This document shows, piece after piece, positions 15,011 through 27,849 of a stretch of 64,000 bases of DNA. The notes below the pieces were generated by a model. It was not told where the DNA came from, made no database searches, and saw only the letters and a program-made list of their open reading frames with translations. The stretch lies in the NCBI GenBank assembly GCA_038087875.1, contig CM075991.1, forward strand, positions 10,480,001-10,544,000. Direction: 5' to 3'. Source of the stretch: Malacoraja senta (Eukaryota). Every line of letters starts with the position of its first letter. Positions within the stretch are counted from its first letter, which is position 1. Position numbers and translations under genes: made by a program.

Positions 15011-15071
15011 ATCATTTTATGCCCAATTGTGTCCCATAAACTGTCCGTGTAAATATGCATTTGCGTTCCAT

Positions 15072-15385
15072 TAGACTTTAAGACTTTAGAGATACAGCGC
15101 GGAAGCAGGCACATCGACACACCGAGTCTGCACCGACCAGCGATAGCCCCGTACACTAGCACTATCCCACGCACACGCTAGGGACAATTTACAATTCTAC
15201 CAAAAGCCAATTAACCTGCAAACCTGTGCGTCTTCGGAGTGTGGGAGGAAACCGGAACACTCGGAGAAAACCCATGCGGGTCACGGGGGGGGGGGGGGGA
15301 CGTACAAACTCCGCACAGACAGCGCCCGTGGTCAGGATCGAACCCGGGAAGGCAGCAACTCTACTGCTGCGCCACTGCGCCGCCC
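15072..15385 (-). mobile_element. V-SINE (HE1-like)
   Basis: gagatacagcgcggaa..cgtacaaactccgcacagacagc..ggatcgaacccggg. Confidence 0.85.
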
Positions 15386-15391
15386 TTATTT

Positions 15392-16016
15392 ATTAGCCGA
15401 CAACACCACCGCTGCTGGACGAATTACAGATGGGGACGAGTCAGAGTATGGAGGTGAGATGGCCCGACTGACCGAATGGTGCCAGCACAACAACCTGGCT
15501 CTCAACCTCAGTAAAACCAATGAACCGATTGTGGACTTTGGAAGAGGAAGGATGAGGACCCACAATCCTGATTATATCAACGGGTCGACGGTGGAGAGAG
15601 TCAAAAACTTCAAATTCCTGGACTTGCATATTTCCGAAGATCTTTCCTGGACCCAGCACACTGATGCAATTATAAGTATAGCACATCAGTGCCTCTACCC
15701 TAGAGCCATCAGGCTATTAAACACTACAACCTCAAATAAGCTCTGAACCTCAATAGACATTATTATTATTACTATTATTTTGTACTACTATGGTTTGTTT
15801 TTTGAGTATGTGTGTATGTGTATATATATATTTATCTATATATATGTGTGTGCCTGTACTTGTGAGTATGTGTATATACACACACTGAACTTTTTAATCT
15901 CTCGTTTATCATATTGTTTACAGTGTACTATGATCACATCTTCTGTTGTGCTGCAGCAAGTAAGAATGTCATTGTTCTATCTGGGGATACATGACAATGA
16001 AACACTCTTGACTCTT
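15392..16016 (+). mobile_element. Rex1/Babar-like LINE reverse-transcriptase remnant plus 3' end
   Basis: Degenerate LADNT (xADD-like) then EWCQHNNLALNLSKTNEPIVDFG..VERVKNFKFLDLHISEDLSW (ORF 15459-15746). Confidence 0.8.
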
Positions 16017-16105
16017 GGCACGAGTGTTTTGGTTACAGTTAGTCATTCCTGTACAAGCTTATTTCTGCATTACAATTGATATTGCCTGCATTTGGTTTGT
16101 GTAAC

Positions 16106-16265
<160 letters not shown>

Positions 16266-16923
16266 TTTGGGTCACGCCAGTCCACTTCATCTGAGGCAGA
16301 AGCTGAAGCTGAAGACTCGGGGGGGGGGGGGGGGGGAAATTGGCCCGCAAACTCGGTGACGTTTCACTTTGGATCGGCACCAACATCCATCACCCAGGAC
16401 TGGAACAGATGGCGAGCAGTGAATCCAACCCTGTCTCCATGTGCATTAGTCCACGAACGAGCGCACAAAATGGCTCGCCGTCCCCAAAAAACCTGCGAGC
16501 TCCAACTCCCTGCACTTGATAAAACACTCACACTGCTTCAGTGGAGAGGGAAGCAGCAGAAATACAAAGTGTAAAGGAGGCCGGGGTTCTCATGGGGGCC
16601 ATGGATTGTGGTCCGTGGGGGAGGGGGAGAGGGGGGGGGGGGGAGCAGGCAGGTGTGAAAAAGAATGAAGTCACTTCAGAGAGCTGGACTTGAAACTGCA
16701 TCGGTGGGGAGGTGTGGACTGTACACACTGAGCTACTGAGTTTGATTGCTTCATCTTGGGAAGACAGTGAGGGGGGTGAGAAAGGGAGAGAGAGGGGGAG
16801 GGGGAGTGGGGAGGGAGAGAGAGGGACTGGGGAGGATGGAGGTGGGAAGGAGAGAGAAAGGGGGGGGGGAATTAAAGGGAGGGATAAGAGAAGGAAGGAG
16901 AGAGAGGGCAGAAATAGGTAGTT

Positions 16924-17241
16924 AGTCTGAAGAAGGGTCTCGCCCCGAAACTTCGCCCATTCCTTCTCTCCAGAGATGCTGCCGCACCCGCTGAGTTACT
17001 CCAGCATTTTGTGTCTATCTTCGATCTAAACCAGCATCTGCAGTTCATTCTTACCCATAGTAACAAGGAACTGCAGGTGCTGGCTTATACCAAAGATAGA
17101 CACAACGTGCTGGAGTAACTCAGCAGGTCAGGCAGCATCTCTGAAGACCCTTGAAGGGTCTCGACCCGAAACGTCGCCCATTTCTTCTCTCCCGAGATGC
17201 TGCCTGTCCCGCTGAGTTACTCCAGCATTTTGTGTCTATCT
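16924..17241. mobile_element. Cluster of Penelope-like terminal units in alternating orientation
   Basis: agtctgaagaagggtctcgccccgaaac.. (+), gaactgcaggtgctgg..gtaactcagc (-), gaagggtctcgacccgaaacgtc (+). Confidence 0.78.
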
Positions 17242-17264
17242 TTAAGACATTTCATATAAAGGTT

Positions 17265-17745
17265 TCAAGGTTCAATGGAGTGTTTAAATATAATCTATAC
17301 CAACAAGAGAACAAGAGTTCTTACTTTCAGCAGCATGCCAGGCCTGTGAAGGCAATGCACATAGATGGTACGTAATAAATAAAAATTAATAACCCCACCG
17401 TTAGTGCAAAAAAGCCCAAAGTCCTTCGTGGAACCAAAGATGACCCATTGTTCATCAGTTTGTTGTGTCGTGTTCAAGATTCTGATGGGTGTTGTGAAGG
17501 GGCTGTTCTATAAACTGGCGAGTGATCACGGTTTTCAGACAACTGTACCCTCTTCCTGATAGTAGGTGTGAATTGAGAGTGTAGCCACAGTGGTGTGGGG
17601 CCTTCATGAGGATGATGGTGTGGGTACTGGCTACTTTTTCGAGGCAGCATCTCCTGCAGATCCCTTCGATGTTGGGGAGGTCAGTACCCGTGATGTCCAC
17701 CACTGTCTGTAATTGCCTTCGCTCCTGGGCGTTCAAGTTCCCAAA
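17265..17745 (-). mobile_element. Rex1/Babar-like LINE fragment
   Basis: ORF 17455-17787(-) WFGNLNAQERRQLQTVV..ITGTDLPNIEGI..RCCLEKV..SGRGY. Confidence 0.72.
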
Positions 17746-18739
17746 CCATGAAACATCTTCCATCCCAATTAGAAAACAGAAACGCAAGGATTCATTCCGC
17801 TGTTTACATCTTCACTGCTGAGTTTAACCAGTTTATTTCAAATGGGTGCACGCCTTTGTTTGAACACACCGGCAGGTGGGATTAGTGTAGATGGGGCATG
17901 TTGGTCAGCATGGGAAAGTTGGGCCGGAGGGCCTGTTGACTCTATGACCAGTAGACAGGAGGGAATGTGACATGAATGAATTCAATGCTCTTTCTGCAAA
18001 CTATCTCCAAACCAAATTTCTAGGCTACAGCTTTGTTTGAATTGGTCCCCAAGTTAATAGGAATGGAAACATTGGGATTACCTAGTTATTAGAATGGGTT
18101 CTCAAATGTTTCTTTAATGCACGTCTAGACTGAACATTTGCCAAGTTAAATCTTATTTCTGAGGGGAAAAAAATGTCTGGAAAGATGTTCTCAATCACGG
18201 TTTCCTGTACAGTGCTGGGATTATATTACTGACTTAATGGTTAAAAGGCGTAGGTTAGAGGTGTTCGATTTATATCGGCTCATGATTCGATCGTATAGAT
18301 TCTATGGTACGTTATGTCATCTTGCAATATGCTAGTTTGATGTGTTCTCTACCATTTTCTTAGCAATTGACGTTCAAATTCACACGGGTCAGTAAGTGTA
18401 CCTTTAACATGTGTGGCATCAGTCATGACCCATCGATAATGAGCACACGGGCAAGGTCAAGAGTGTTTTATCGTCATATGTCCCAGATAGGACAATGAAA
18501 TTCTTGCTTGCTGCAGCACAACAGAATATGTAAACAGTACATAAAGGGTGAAAAAAAGTTCTGTGTGTGTATATCTACACATGCACACATACTCAATAAC
18601 TAAACAAGTATAGTGTTATAATAATAATAATAATAATCTGGTGTAGTCCAGATCTTATTTCTGAACCTTCTGAATTTTGAAGTCGGCAGGGCAGTACTCT
18701 GCATATCGCCAACTTGGACAATTAAACTTTTAAAAAAAA

Positions 18740-19140
18740 ATAAAGCCAATTAACCTACAAACCTGCACGTCGTTGGAGTGTGGAGGGAAACCGAAGATCT
18801 CGGGAAAACCCACGCAGATCACGGACAGAACGTACAAACTCCATACAGACAGCACCCGTAGTCGGGATCGAACCCGGGTCTCTGGCGCTGCATTTTGCTG
18901 TAAGGCAGCAACTCTACCGCTGCGCCACCGTGACTGCCCAATTGTTGCCGTGTTTAATAGCCTGATGGCTGTAGGGGAGAAGCTGTTCCTGGAACCTGGA
19001 CGTTACAGTTTTCAGGCTCCTGTACCTTCTTCCCGATGGCAGGGGTGAAATGAATGTGTGGCTAGGATGGTCTTTGATGATGGTGGCTGCCTTTTTGAGG
19101 CAGCGACTTCGATAGATCCCTTCGATGGTGGGGAGTATGT
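18740..19140 (-). mobile_element. V-SINE 5' part (18740-18935) adjoining a Rex1-like fragment (18940-19140)
   Basis: cgtacaaactccatacagacagcacccgtagtcgggatcgaacccggg; then gtgtttaatagcctgatggctgt..ctgtaccttcttcccgatgg. Confidence 0.78.
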
Positions 19141-19289
19141 CAGAGTCTCATGTAATTGCAGGACAATATCGCTCGGAAGAATATCATCGTGGAAGATAGT
19201 TTCATACACATTATGTGAATTAAATCTATCCAAGGAGGGAATTAGTCAGTCCTCTGCTTCTCTATAATATTGTGTGACTAGTGGCAGTT

Positions 19290-19605
19290 TAATTTAATTT
19301 AGTTCAGTTTAGTGATACAGCCGAGAAACAGGCCCTTCGGCCCACCGAGTCCACACCGACCTTGGATCACCCCTCATCACTCATTGTATGTTATCCCACT
19401 TACTCATCCACTCCCTACACACTAGAGGGCCGATTAACCTACGAACTTGCATGGCTTTAGGACGTGGGAGGAAACCAGAGCACCCGGAGGAAACCCACAC
19501 GGTCACAGGCAAACTCCGCACAGACAGCACCCAAGGTCAGGATCGAACCTGGGTCTCTGGCGCAGTGAGGCAGCGGCTCTACCTGCTGCACCACTGTGCC
19601 GCCCC
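19290..19605 (-). mobile_element. V-SINE (HE1-like, older copy)
   Basis: gatacag..aaacaggcccttcggcccaccgag..caaactccgcacagacagcac..ggatcgaacctggg. Confidence 0.82.
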
Positions 19606-19698
19606 CAGTTAGTGGTGCGGGTGGTTGCCACCTTGTAGAGTTAGTGGATCAAAGGCCCAGGCATGAGATTTGGCTCTGGACACTGCGGTGCCTTAGAA

Positions 19699-20356
19699 CC
19701 ATGATGAAATCTCCAAGTCAGCGAGTCATACAGCTTGGAAACAGGCCCTTCGGCCCAACTTGCCCACAACGAACAACATGTCCCATCTACATTAGTCCCA
19801 CCTTCCTGAGTTTGGCCCATATCCCCTAAACCCGATCCTATCCATGTACCTGTCTAATTGTTTCTTAAACGTTGCAATAGTCCCTGCCTCAACTCCGGCA
19901 GCTCGTTCCATACACCCATCACCCTCTGTGTGGAAAAAGTTACCCCTCAGGTTCCTATTAAATCTTTTCCCCCCCTCACCTTAAAACCCATGTCCTCTGC
20001 TTCTCGATTCCCAGGTTGAAAGTGTTTTTACGTCCCGCAAAGCACACGCCAGCCGCCTGCCAAATGAAGTTATGCTTGGCTCAGAGTTTCCATAAATGGC
20101 GGATTAAAATGACAAATTTATGCCTCTTTGTCCACGATCCACTTAATCATTGTTTCAGCACATTGTTTCCAAATGTGAAAAAATCTTATCTAAATATAAT
20201 TACGTGTTGAATGCGCCAAAAGTTTTAACGCAAGTGTGCGGGGAATAACACACATTTGGATGTGGTGAAAATGAAAGCGAATACCTTGGAAGGATTACAA
20301 GGAGGAATATTTAATTGAGGGAAATGTCTTGGTAATTTAAACCCATTGAAATTCTG
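19699..20356 (+). repeat. Left copy of ~658-bp direct duplication flanking the L1 element (contains a CR1 fragment at ~19725-20015)
   Basis: ccatgatgaaatctccaagtcagcgag...acccattgaaattctg recurs at 23191-23846. Confidence 0.95.
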
Positions 20357-23190
20357 AAGGAACAAGAGGAATTGGGTGCACAAATTTCAATTAAGGAATT
20401 AGAAGATACAATAAACTCACTAAAGAATGGAAAAACACCAGGCCCTGATGGATTTACTAATGAATTTTATATAAGCTTTTATGATAAATAATACCAAGAT
20501 TAAAAAAAATGTACCAATATGCTTTTAAAAAACAAATACTACTGATACATTAGCGGAATCAACGATTACACTAATACCTAAGAAAGACAAAGATTTAGAA
20601 GAACCGGGTTCATATAGAGCTATAGCATTGTTAAACACAGATCAAAAAATATTAGCGAAAACATTAGCTAGAAGATTAAGTAAATACATTAGTAAATTAA
20701 TAAACCCAGATCAGACGGGGTTTATCCCTAAGAGATACTCATCTAACAATATGAGACGTTTACTCAACATAATGCACTCACACAAATCTGAAGATCATTT
20801 TATCAATTATTTCGCTGGATGCTGAAAAAGCATTTGACCAAGTAGAATGGAATTTCGAGGATAAGTATTTATAGTAAGTATTCAAGCTGGGAGGTTTTTT
20901 ATCTAGATAAGAGTTACTATATAACAAACCTACAGCTAGAATACTTACTAATAACATATTATCCTCGAAATTCCAACTATCAAGGGGAAATAGACAAGGA
21001 TGCTCATTATCACCACAGCTGTTTGCTCTCATTATTGAACCGCTAGCAGAAAAAATTAGAATACACCCTGATATCCATGGATATAATACTAAAGATTCAT
21101 ATAATAAAATATCTTTATACGCGGATGATATATTACTGTACATTACAAAACCTCAAATCACTATACCAAATATATTAAATTTAATTGAAGACTTTGGATC
21201 TTTTTCTGGATATAGAAATAAATTGGAATAAAAGTGAAATTATGTCAATAAAACTGAAAGATTCAACACATCTTTTAAATTCCCTTATAAAATAGCTACA
21301 GAAAAATTTAAATACTTGGGAATCGAAATTACCAGATCATATCAAGGTATGTCTAAGGCAAATTTTGATCCCCTACTTAATAAATTAAACACACTAATTA
21401 AATTCTGGAAAACGCTCCCGATGTCTTTAATAGGCCGAATAAATGCAATAAAAATGATCTTTCTACCACGAATTTTTATACCTATTTCAATCGATTCCTA
21501 TATACTTACCAATGAAGTTTAAAAAAAAACTCGACTCAGATATCACTAATTTTATATGGGACTATAAATCACATAGAATACAAAAAACTCATCTGAATAA
21601 ACCTAAAGTATTAGGGGGTTTAGCACTACCTAATTTTATGTATTATTATTGGTCAGTAAATATTAAAAATATGATTCAACTGATGGATAACTCCGCCCAG
21701 CAAGTGGACTGGATTGTAATGGAGAAAGAGGATTGCTCCTCTAGAAACATTGGAGCGATCCTCCTCTCTCCAATGAAACTGAATAATATAAATATAATAA
21801 GAACCCAATTTTCATTTATAGTACAATCCGAATTTGGAAACAAATAAAACAAAATTTAAAATTAAGAAATTTTCCACTTTTATTACCCATAGTTAATAAC
21901 CCTTCGTTTAATCCCTCTATTATAGATAAAGCTTATACACAATGGGATAGATTAGGAATTAAAACGCTCGGTGACTTGTATGAAACTGGAAAATTACTTT
22001 CATTCCAACAATTACAAATAAAATATAAACTCGGAAATAATCAATATTTTAAATATTTTCAAATATGCGACTATTTGAAAAAATATACAAAAGATCATTA
22101 TAATAACCCAGTAGATGTATTGGATGAGGCAATGCAGATAAAAGCTGAATCAGCAAACTTAATATAATATTTGTATAATATTATCTTAAATGTACAAATA
22201 CCATCTACGGAGGGTATCAGAAGAGACTGGGAACAAGAGTTAGCTATTAAAATTTCAAAGGAAAGTTGGAATGAACACTTATTAAACGTGCATAAATGTT
22301 CGATTAATGTAAGACACACTTTAATACAATTTAAAATTTTACATAGATTATATTATTCCAAAACTAAAATTCATAAAATTTTCCCAAATTGTATCATCAA
22401 TTTGTGATAAATGTCAATCCCAAGAAGCTACTATAGCGCACTCATTTGTTTTCTGTACAAAAATTCAAACATTTTGGAATGAAATTTTCGAAATCTTTAC
22501 AAAATTATTTAAAATAAGACTGATACCCAAAGCAGAATGGATTATCTTCGGAATAACGGAAGATGGTCCAGAACTAAATGTGTTTCAAAAGAAACTAATA
22601 GACTATGGGTTAATAACTGGAAAAAAGCTAATTCTAAAATTTTGGAAGAAGGCTCCAATACCAACTATAAACATGTGGATTTCAAATATGTTCGAAACAT
22701 TACACCTAGAAGAGATAAGACTCCTCCTGGCAGGTAAACCAGATCACTTCCACCTGACGTGGTCCTGCATTTATAGAATTATTACAAATATAGGGTGCAA
22801 AGGTACCTTAAAAAAAAAATTGAGGTCAGGTAAGGGGGGATGCTAGTTGAAGAGTTGGTATGTCCCATTTACGTAATGCTCATAAAAAATATTTGTTTCT
22901 CTCTTTTTCCTCTTTCTCTTTCTCCTTCTTTTCTAGGGTCTATTTCTTAACTCTTTTTCTTTTGTTTTTAATTTTGTTCTTATAGGGTCTTCGTCCTTTT
23001 TTGTTGTCACATTTTCTACACTCTCACGTTTTCCTTCACTTTCTTCTTTCTTTCAATCTTATCTTTTCCTTTTACTAGTGTAAAAAACAAATGGAGTACA
23101 TTAATTGTAAGAAGACATAAGTGACGAGTACTAATGTATGTGGTTGTAATGTAATGTACTTCTAATAAATAAAAAATTAAAAAAAAAAAA
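20357..23190 (+). mobile_element. 5'-truncated L1-clade LINE: frameshifted ORF2 (RT and C-terminal Cys/His motif), T-rich 3' UTR, poly(A)
   Basis: ISIKELEDTINSLKNGKTPGPDGFTNEFY at ~20387; YRAIALLNTDQKILAK; RGNRQGCSLSP; SLYADD (YADD at 21118-21129); CDKC-x7-H-x4-C at ~22403-22455; aataaa 23164-23169 then A-tail to 23190; markedly AT-rich. Confidence 0.95.
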
Positions 23191-23846
23191 CCATGATGAA
23201 ATCTCCAAGTCAGCGAGTCATACAGCTTGGAAACAGCCCTTCGGCCCAACTTGCCCACAACGAACAACATGTCCCATCTACATTAGTCCCACCTTCCTGA
23301 GTTTGGCCCATATCCCCTAAACCCGATCCTATCCATGTACCTGTCTAATTGTTTCTTAAATGTTTCGATAGTCCCTGCCTCAACTCCGGCAGCTCGTTCC
23401 ATACACCCACCACCCTCTGTGTGAAAAAGTTACCCCTCAGGTTCCTAATAAATCTTTTCCCCCCTCACCTTAAAAACCCATGTCCTCTGCTTCTCGATTC
23501 CCAGGTTGAAAGTGTTTTTACCTTCCCGCAAAGCACACGCCAGCCGCCTGCCAAATGAAGTTATGCTTGGCTCAGAGTTTCCATAAATGGCGGATTAAAA
23601 TGACAAATTTATGGCTCTTTGTCCACGATCCACTTAATCATTGTTTCAGCACATTGTTTTAAAATGTGAAAAAATCTTATCTAAATATAATTACGTTTGA
23701 AATGCGCCAAAAGTTTTAACGCAAGTGTGCGGGGAATAACACACATTTGGATGTGGTGAAAATGAAAGCGAATACCTTGGAAGGATTACAAGGAGAATTT
23801 TTAATTGAGGGAAATGTCTTGGTAATTTAAACCCATTGGAATTCTG
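23191..23846 (+). repeat. Right copy of the ~658-bp direct duplication
   Basis: Starts immediately after the L1 poly(A); roughly 97% identical to 19699-20356 by manual comparison. Confidence 0.95.
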
Positions 23847-23987
23847 TAATCTGAAATGGATGGGAAGTTACTTGATGCACTGGGATTCTGTAGTGTGCGA
23901 GAGGATTGTCAAAGATGTGTTCCCTTTTACAACCCAGCGGTACGAATATTGATTTCTCTAATGATATAGAGATTAAAAAATGCCGTA

Positions 23988-24360
23988 AGGGGCTGTCCCA
24001 CTTGGGCGACCTAATCCGCGGGTTCTGGCGAGTTTGCCCTCGACTCATACTTGCAGCATCTTCGACACGAGGTCCTACGAAGTCTTTGTAAGGGCCTGTC
24101 CCACTTTCACGACCTAATTCGCGACCTCTGCCGAGTTTGCCCTTGACTCAGACTCGCAGCATGGTCGTCACGAGGTCGTAGGAGCTCGTAGTAGGTCGTG
24201 ATGCTAGTCGTAGGTACTCGTGGCATCAAGTAGGTCGGGGCGTTTTTCTAACCTGATGAAAAATGCCCACGAGAGTAGTCCCCCGCGTACTCGAGGCCTC
24301 AACTAGGTCGCAGTGTATTTTTCAACGTGTTGAATGCCCGCGAGTAAAAAAAGGTCGCCA
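23988..24360 (+). mobile_element. Nested PIF/Harbinger-like MITEs (outer from 23988, inner family-A copy from 24091), right ends truncated
   Basis: Two left TIRs aggggctgtcccactt and agggcctgtcccactt; inner body matches 39879-40105. Confidence 0.75.
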
Positions 24361-24365
24361 GGGAA

Positions 24366-24680
24366 TACAGCGACCCAGGCTCGATCCTGACTACCGGTGC
24401 TGTCTGTACGGAGTTTGTACGTTCTCCCCGTGACTGCGTGGGTTTTTCTCCTAGATCTTCGGTTTCCTCCCACACTCTGAAGAGTTACAGGTTTGTCGGA
24501 TAATTGGCTTGGTGTAAATGTAAAATTGGCCTTAGTGTGTGTGGGGATAGTGTTAATGTGCGGGGATTGCTGGTCAGTACCAAAGATACTAGAGGAGCTC
24601 CTCCAGTATCTTTGGTCTGTACGGACTCAGTGGGCTGAAGGGCCTGTTTCCACGCTGTATCTCTAAACTAAACAAAACTA
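24366..24680 (+). mobile_element. V-SINE (HE1-like), 5' damaged
   Basis: ggctcgatcctgact..ctgtacggagtttgtacgttctccccgtg..ctgtatctctaaactaaac. Confidence 0.87.
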
Positions 24681-25365
24681 ACTTCAAGTAACCCTTGCAT
24701 CCTGTCTCTCCCCATCCCTCACCCATCTAGTTCTCCGACTAGTTTCACTGTCCTGATTAATTTTTACTGATTGTATGCTTCGTTGTCACCTTCCCCTCAG
24801 CCAACAATGAACCATTCGACTTTTCCTGTTGAGTTTCACTGTCTGTATCACTTGCTTTCATCGACCGCAAGCCAACAATGGACCATTGTGGGCTCCACCT
24901 CTCCTTGATCATCGTTGCTGTTTGTACATCTTTCATCCGTGTGTTCTATGCACCTTCCACACCTCTCGTTGCCCTTTCCCCTGACTCTTCAAGATTCAAG
25001 AGAGTTTATTGTCATGTGTCACCTGATAGGACAATGAAATTCTTGCTTTGCTTCAGCACAACAGAACATAGTAGACGTGAATACAGAACAGATCAGTGTG
25101 TCCATATACCATTGTATAAATATATACACACATGAATAAATAAACTGATAAAGTGCAAATAACAGATAATGGGTTATTAATGTTCAGAGTTTTGTCCGAG
25201 CCAAGTTTAATAACCTGATAGCCGTGGGGAAGTAACTATTCCTGAACCTGAACTCAGAATCTCAGTCTGAAGAAGGGACACGACCCCAAAACGTCACCTG
25301 TTCCTCTTCTCCAGAGATGCTTCCTGATCCCGCGGAGTTACTCCAGCATTTTGTGCCTGACTTAT
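24678..25365 (+). mobile_element. Penelope-like 3' region (continuation of GIY-YIG remnant at ~23930-23961) with a Rex1-like 3' fragment inserted at ~24990-25250
   Basis: caacccagcggtacgaatattgatttctctaa | ctaacttcaagtaaccc reconstitutes QPSG.NIDFSNFK*; terminal unit at 25262-25360. Confidence 0.75.
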
Positions 25366-25565
25366 NNNNNNNNNNNNNNNNNNNNNNNNNNNNNNNNNNN
25401 NNNNNNNNNNNNNNNNNNNNNNNNNNNNNNNNNNNNNNNNNNNNNNNNNNNNNNNNNNNNNNNNNNNNNNNNNNNNNNNNNNNNNNNNNNNNNNNNNNNN
25501 NNNNNNNNNNNNNNNNNNNNNNNNNNNNNNNNNNNNNNNNNNNNNNNNNNNNNNNNNNNNNNNNN
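25366..25565. other. Assembly gap (200 N)
   Basis: Run of n; true gap size and contiguity across it are unknown. Confidence 1.
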
Positions 25566-25659
25566 TATTTGTCGGCGCTCGGGCAGCAGCTCCTGACGAT
25601 GGCAGCACCGTCCCTCAGCAGCCGGCTAAATATAACCACGCGTTGTATCCTGCGCCCAC

Positions 25660-27170
25660 GCACTCACTCACACACACACACACACACACAGACACACACA
25701 GAGAAACACACACACACACACACGTACACAGAGACACACACACACACACACACACAGAAACACACAGAGAGACACACAGAAACACAGACACAGAGAAACA
25801 CACACACACACAGACACACACACACACGTACACAGAGACACACACACACAGACACACACAGATAAACATACACACACACACACGTACACACACACACACA
25901 GAGAAACACACACACACACATACGTACACAGACACACACAGACACAGAAACACAGACACAGAGAAACACACACACACACACACACGTACACAGAGACACA
26001 CAGAGAACACACACACACATACGTACACAGAGACACACACAGCCACAGACACACAGAAACACACAGAGAGACACACAGAAACACACTCACAGAGAAACAC
26101 ACACACACACACGCACACAGACACAGACACACGCAGAGAAACACACACACACACACAGACACAGACACACACAGTGAAACACACACACACACACAAGTAC
26201 ACAGACACACACACACACACACACACAGAGAAACACACACAGACACACACAGAGAAACACACACACACACACGTACACAGAGACACACACAAACAGACAG
26301 ACACACACAGAGAAACACACACAAACAGACAGACACACACAGAGAAGCACACACACACACACACACACACATACACAGAGACACACACACATACACAGAG
26401 ACACACACAGACACACAGACACAGAGAGACACACAGAAACACACACACAGAGACGCACACACAGACACACACACACACACACACATGTACACAGAGACAC
26501 ACACAAACAGACAGACACACACAGATATACATAAACACACAGACACAGGGAGACACACACAGACACACACACACACACAGGCACACAGAAACACACATAG
26601 AGAGACACACAGAAACACACACACAGACACACACACAGAAACACGCATAGAAACACGCACAGAAACACAAACACGCACAGAAACACGCACACACAGAAAC
26701 ACACACGCACACACAGAAACACACACACGCACACACAGAAACACACACACGCACACACAGAAACACACACACACACCCACAGAAACACACAGACACACAC
26801 ACAGAAACACACACGCAGACACACATACAGAGACACAGACACAGAAACACAAACACAGACAGAGAGAGAGAGGGACTTACAGAGACACATACAGAGAGAC
26901 ACACACACGCAGAGACACACACGCACACACCAAGAGACACAGACACACCGATACATGCACACAAACAGACATGTATGGACACAGATGCACACAGCCACAT
27001 GGACGGACAGACACACACATCACACAGGGACAAATATCAACAAATGCAGAAATACACAGATACATACAAACCACACACAGGCACCAAGACACTAACAAAT
27101 ACCCACCCACACAGACACAACACCCATACACAAGGACGCACACACAGATACATGAACACAGATGGACACC
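25660..27170. repeat. Degenerate (CA)n / CACAGA compound microsatellite
   Basis: Directly visible. Confidence 0.96.
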
Positions 27171-27179
27171 AAGATAAGA

Positions 27180-27459
27180 TAGAGAGAGAGAGAGGTGAGG
27201 GAGAGATAAGAGAAAAAAGAGAGAGGGGGGTTTGAGGGGAGATATCTCACCTCACCCCTCTCTCTCTCTCTCTCTCTCTTATCTTTCTCTCACTCACTCT
27301 CACCTTCACTCTCTCTCTCTCTCTCTCTCTTTATCTTCTCTCACTCTCTCACCTTCACTCCTCACTCTCTCTCTCTCTCTCTCTCTTTCTCTCACTCACT
27401 CTCACCTTCACTCTCTCTCTCTCTTTTTAATCTTTCTCTCGCTCACTCTCACCTTCACA

Positions 27460-27505
<46 letters not shown>

Positions 27506-27595
27506 ATCTTTCTCTCACTCACTCTCACCTTCACTCTCTCTCTCACTCTCTCTCTCTCTCTCTCACTCACTCACCTTCACTCTTTCTCTCACTCA

Positions 27596-27645
<50 letters not shown>

Positions 27646-27845
27646 ATCTTTCTCTCACTCTCTCTCACTCTATCTTTCTCTCACTCACTCTCACTCTCAC
27701 ACTCTCTCTCACTCCATCTTTCTCTCACACTCTCTCTCACTCTCACACTCTCTCTCACTCCATCTTTCTCTCACACTCTCTCTCACTCTCACACTCTCTC
27801 TCACTCCATCTTTCTCTCACACTCTCTCTCACTCTCTCACTCTCA
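27180..27845. repeat. Short (GA)-rich tract followed by ~590-bp (CT)n/CTCA polypyrimidine array
   Basis: Directly visible. Confidence 0.96.
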
Positions 27846-27849
27846 CGAC

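Noticed and set aside
16610..16915. G-rich tracts as functional G-quadruplexes (also 8209-8245)
   Set aside because: Low-complexity purine runs are common in this window and nothing else supports function
25262..25865. ORFs spanning 25366-25565
   Set aside because: Artefacts of translating the N gap
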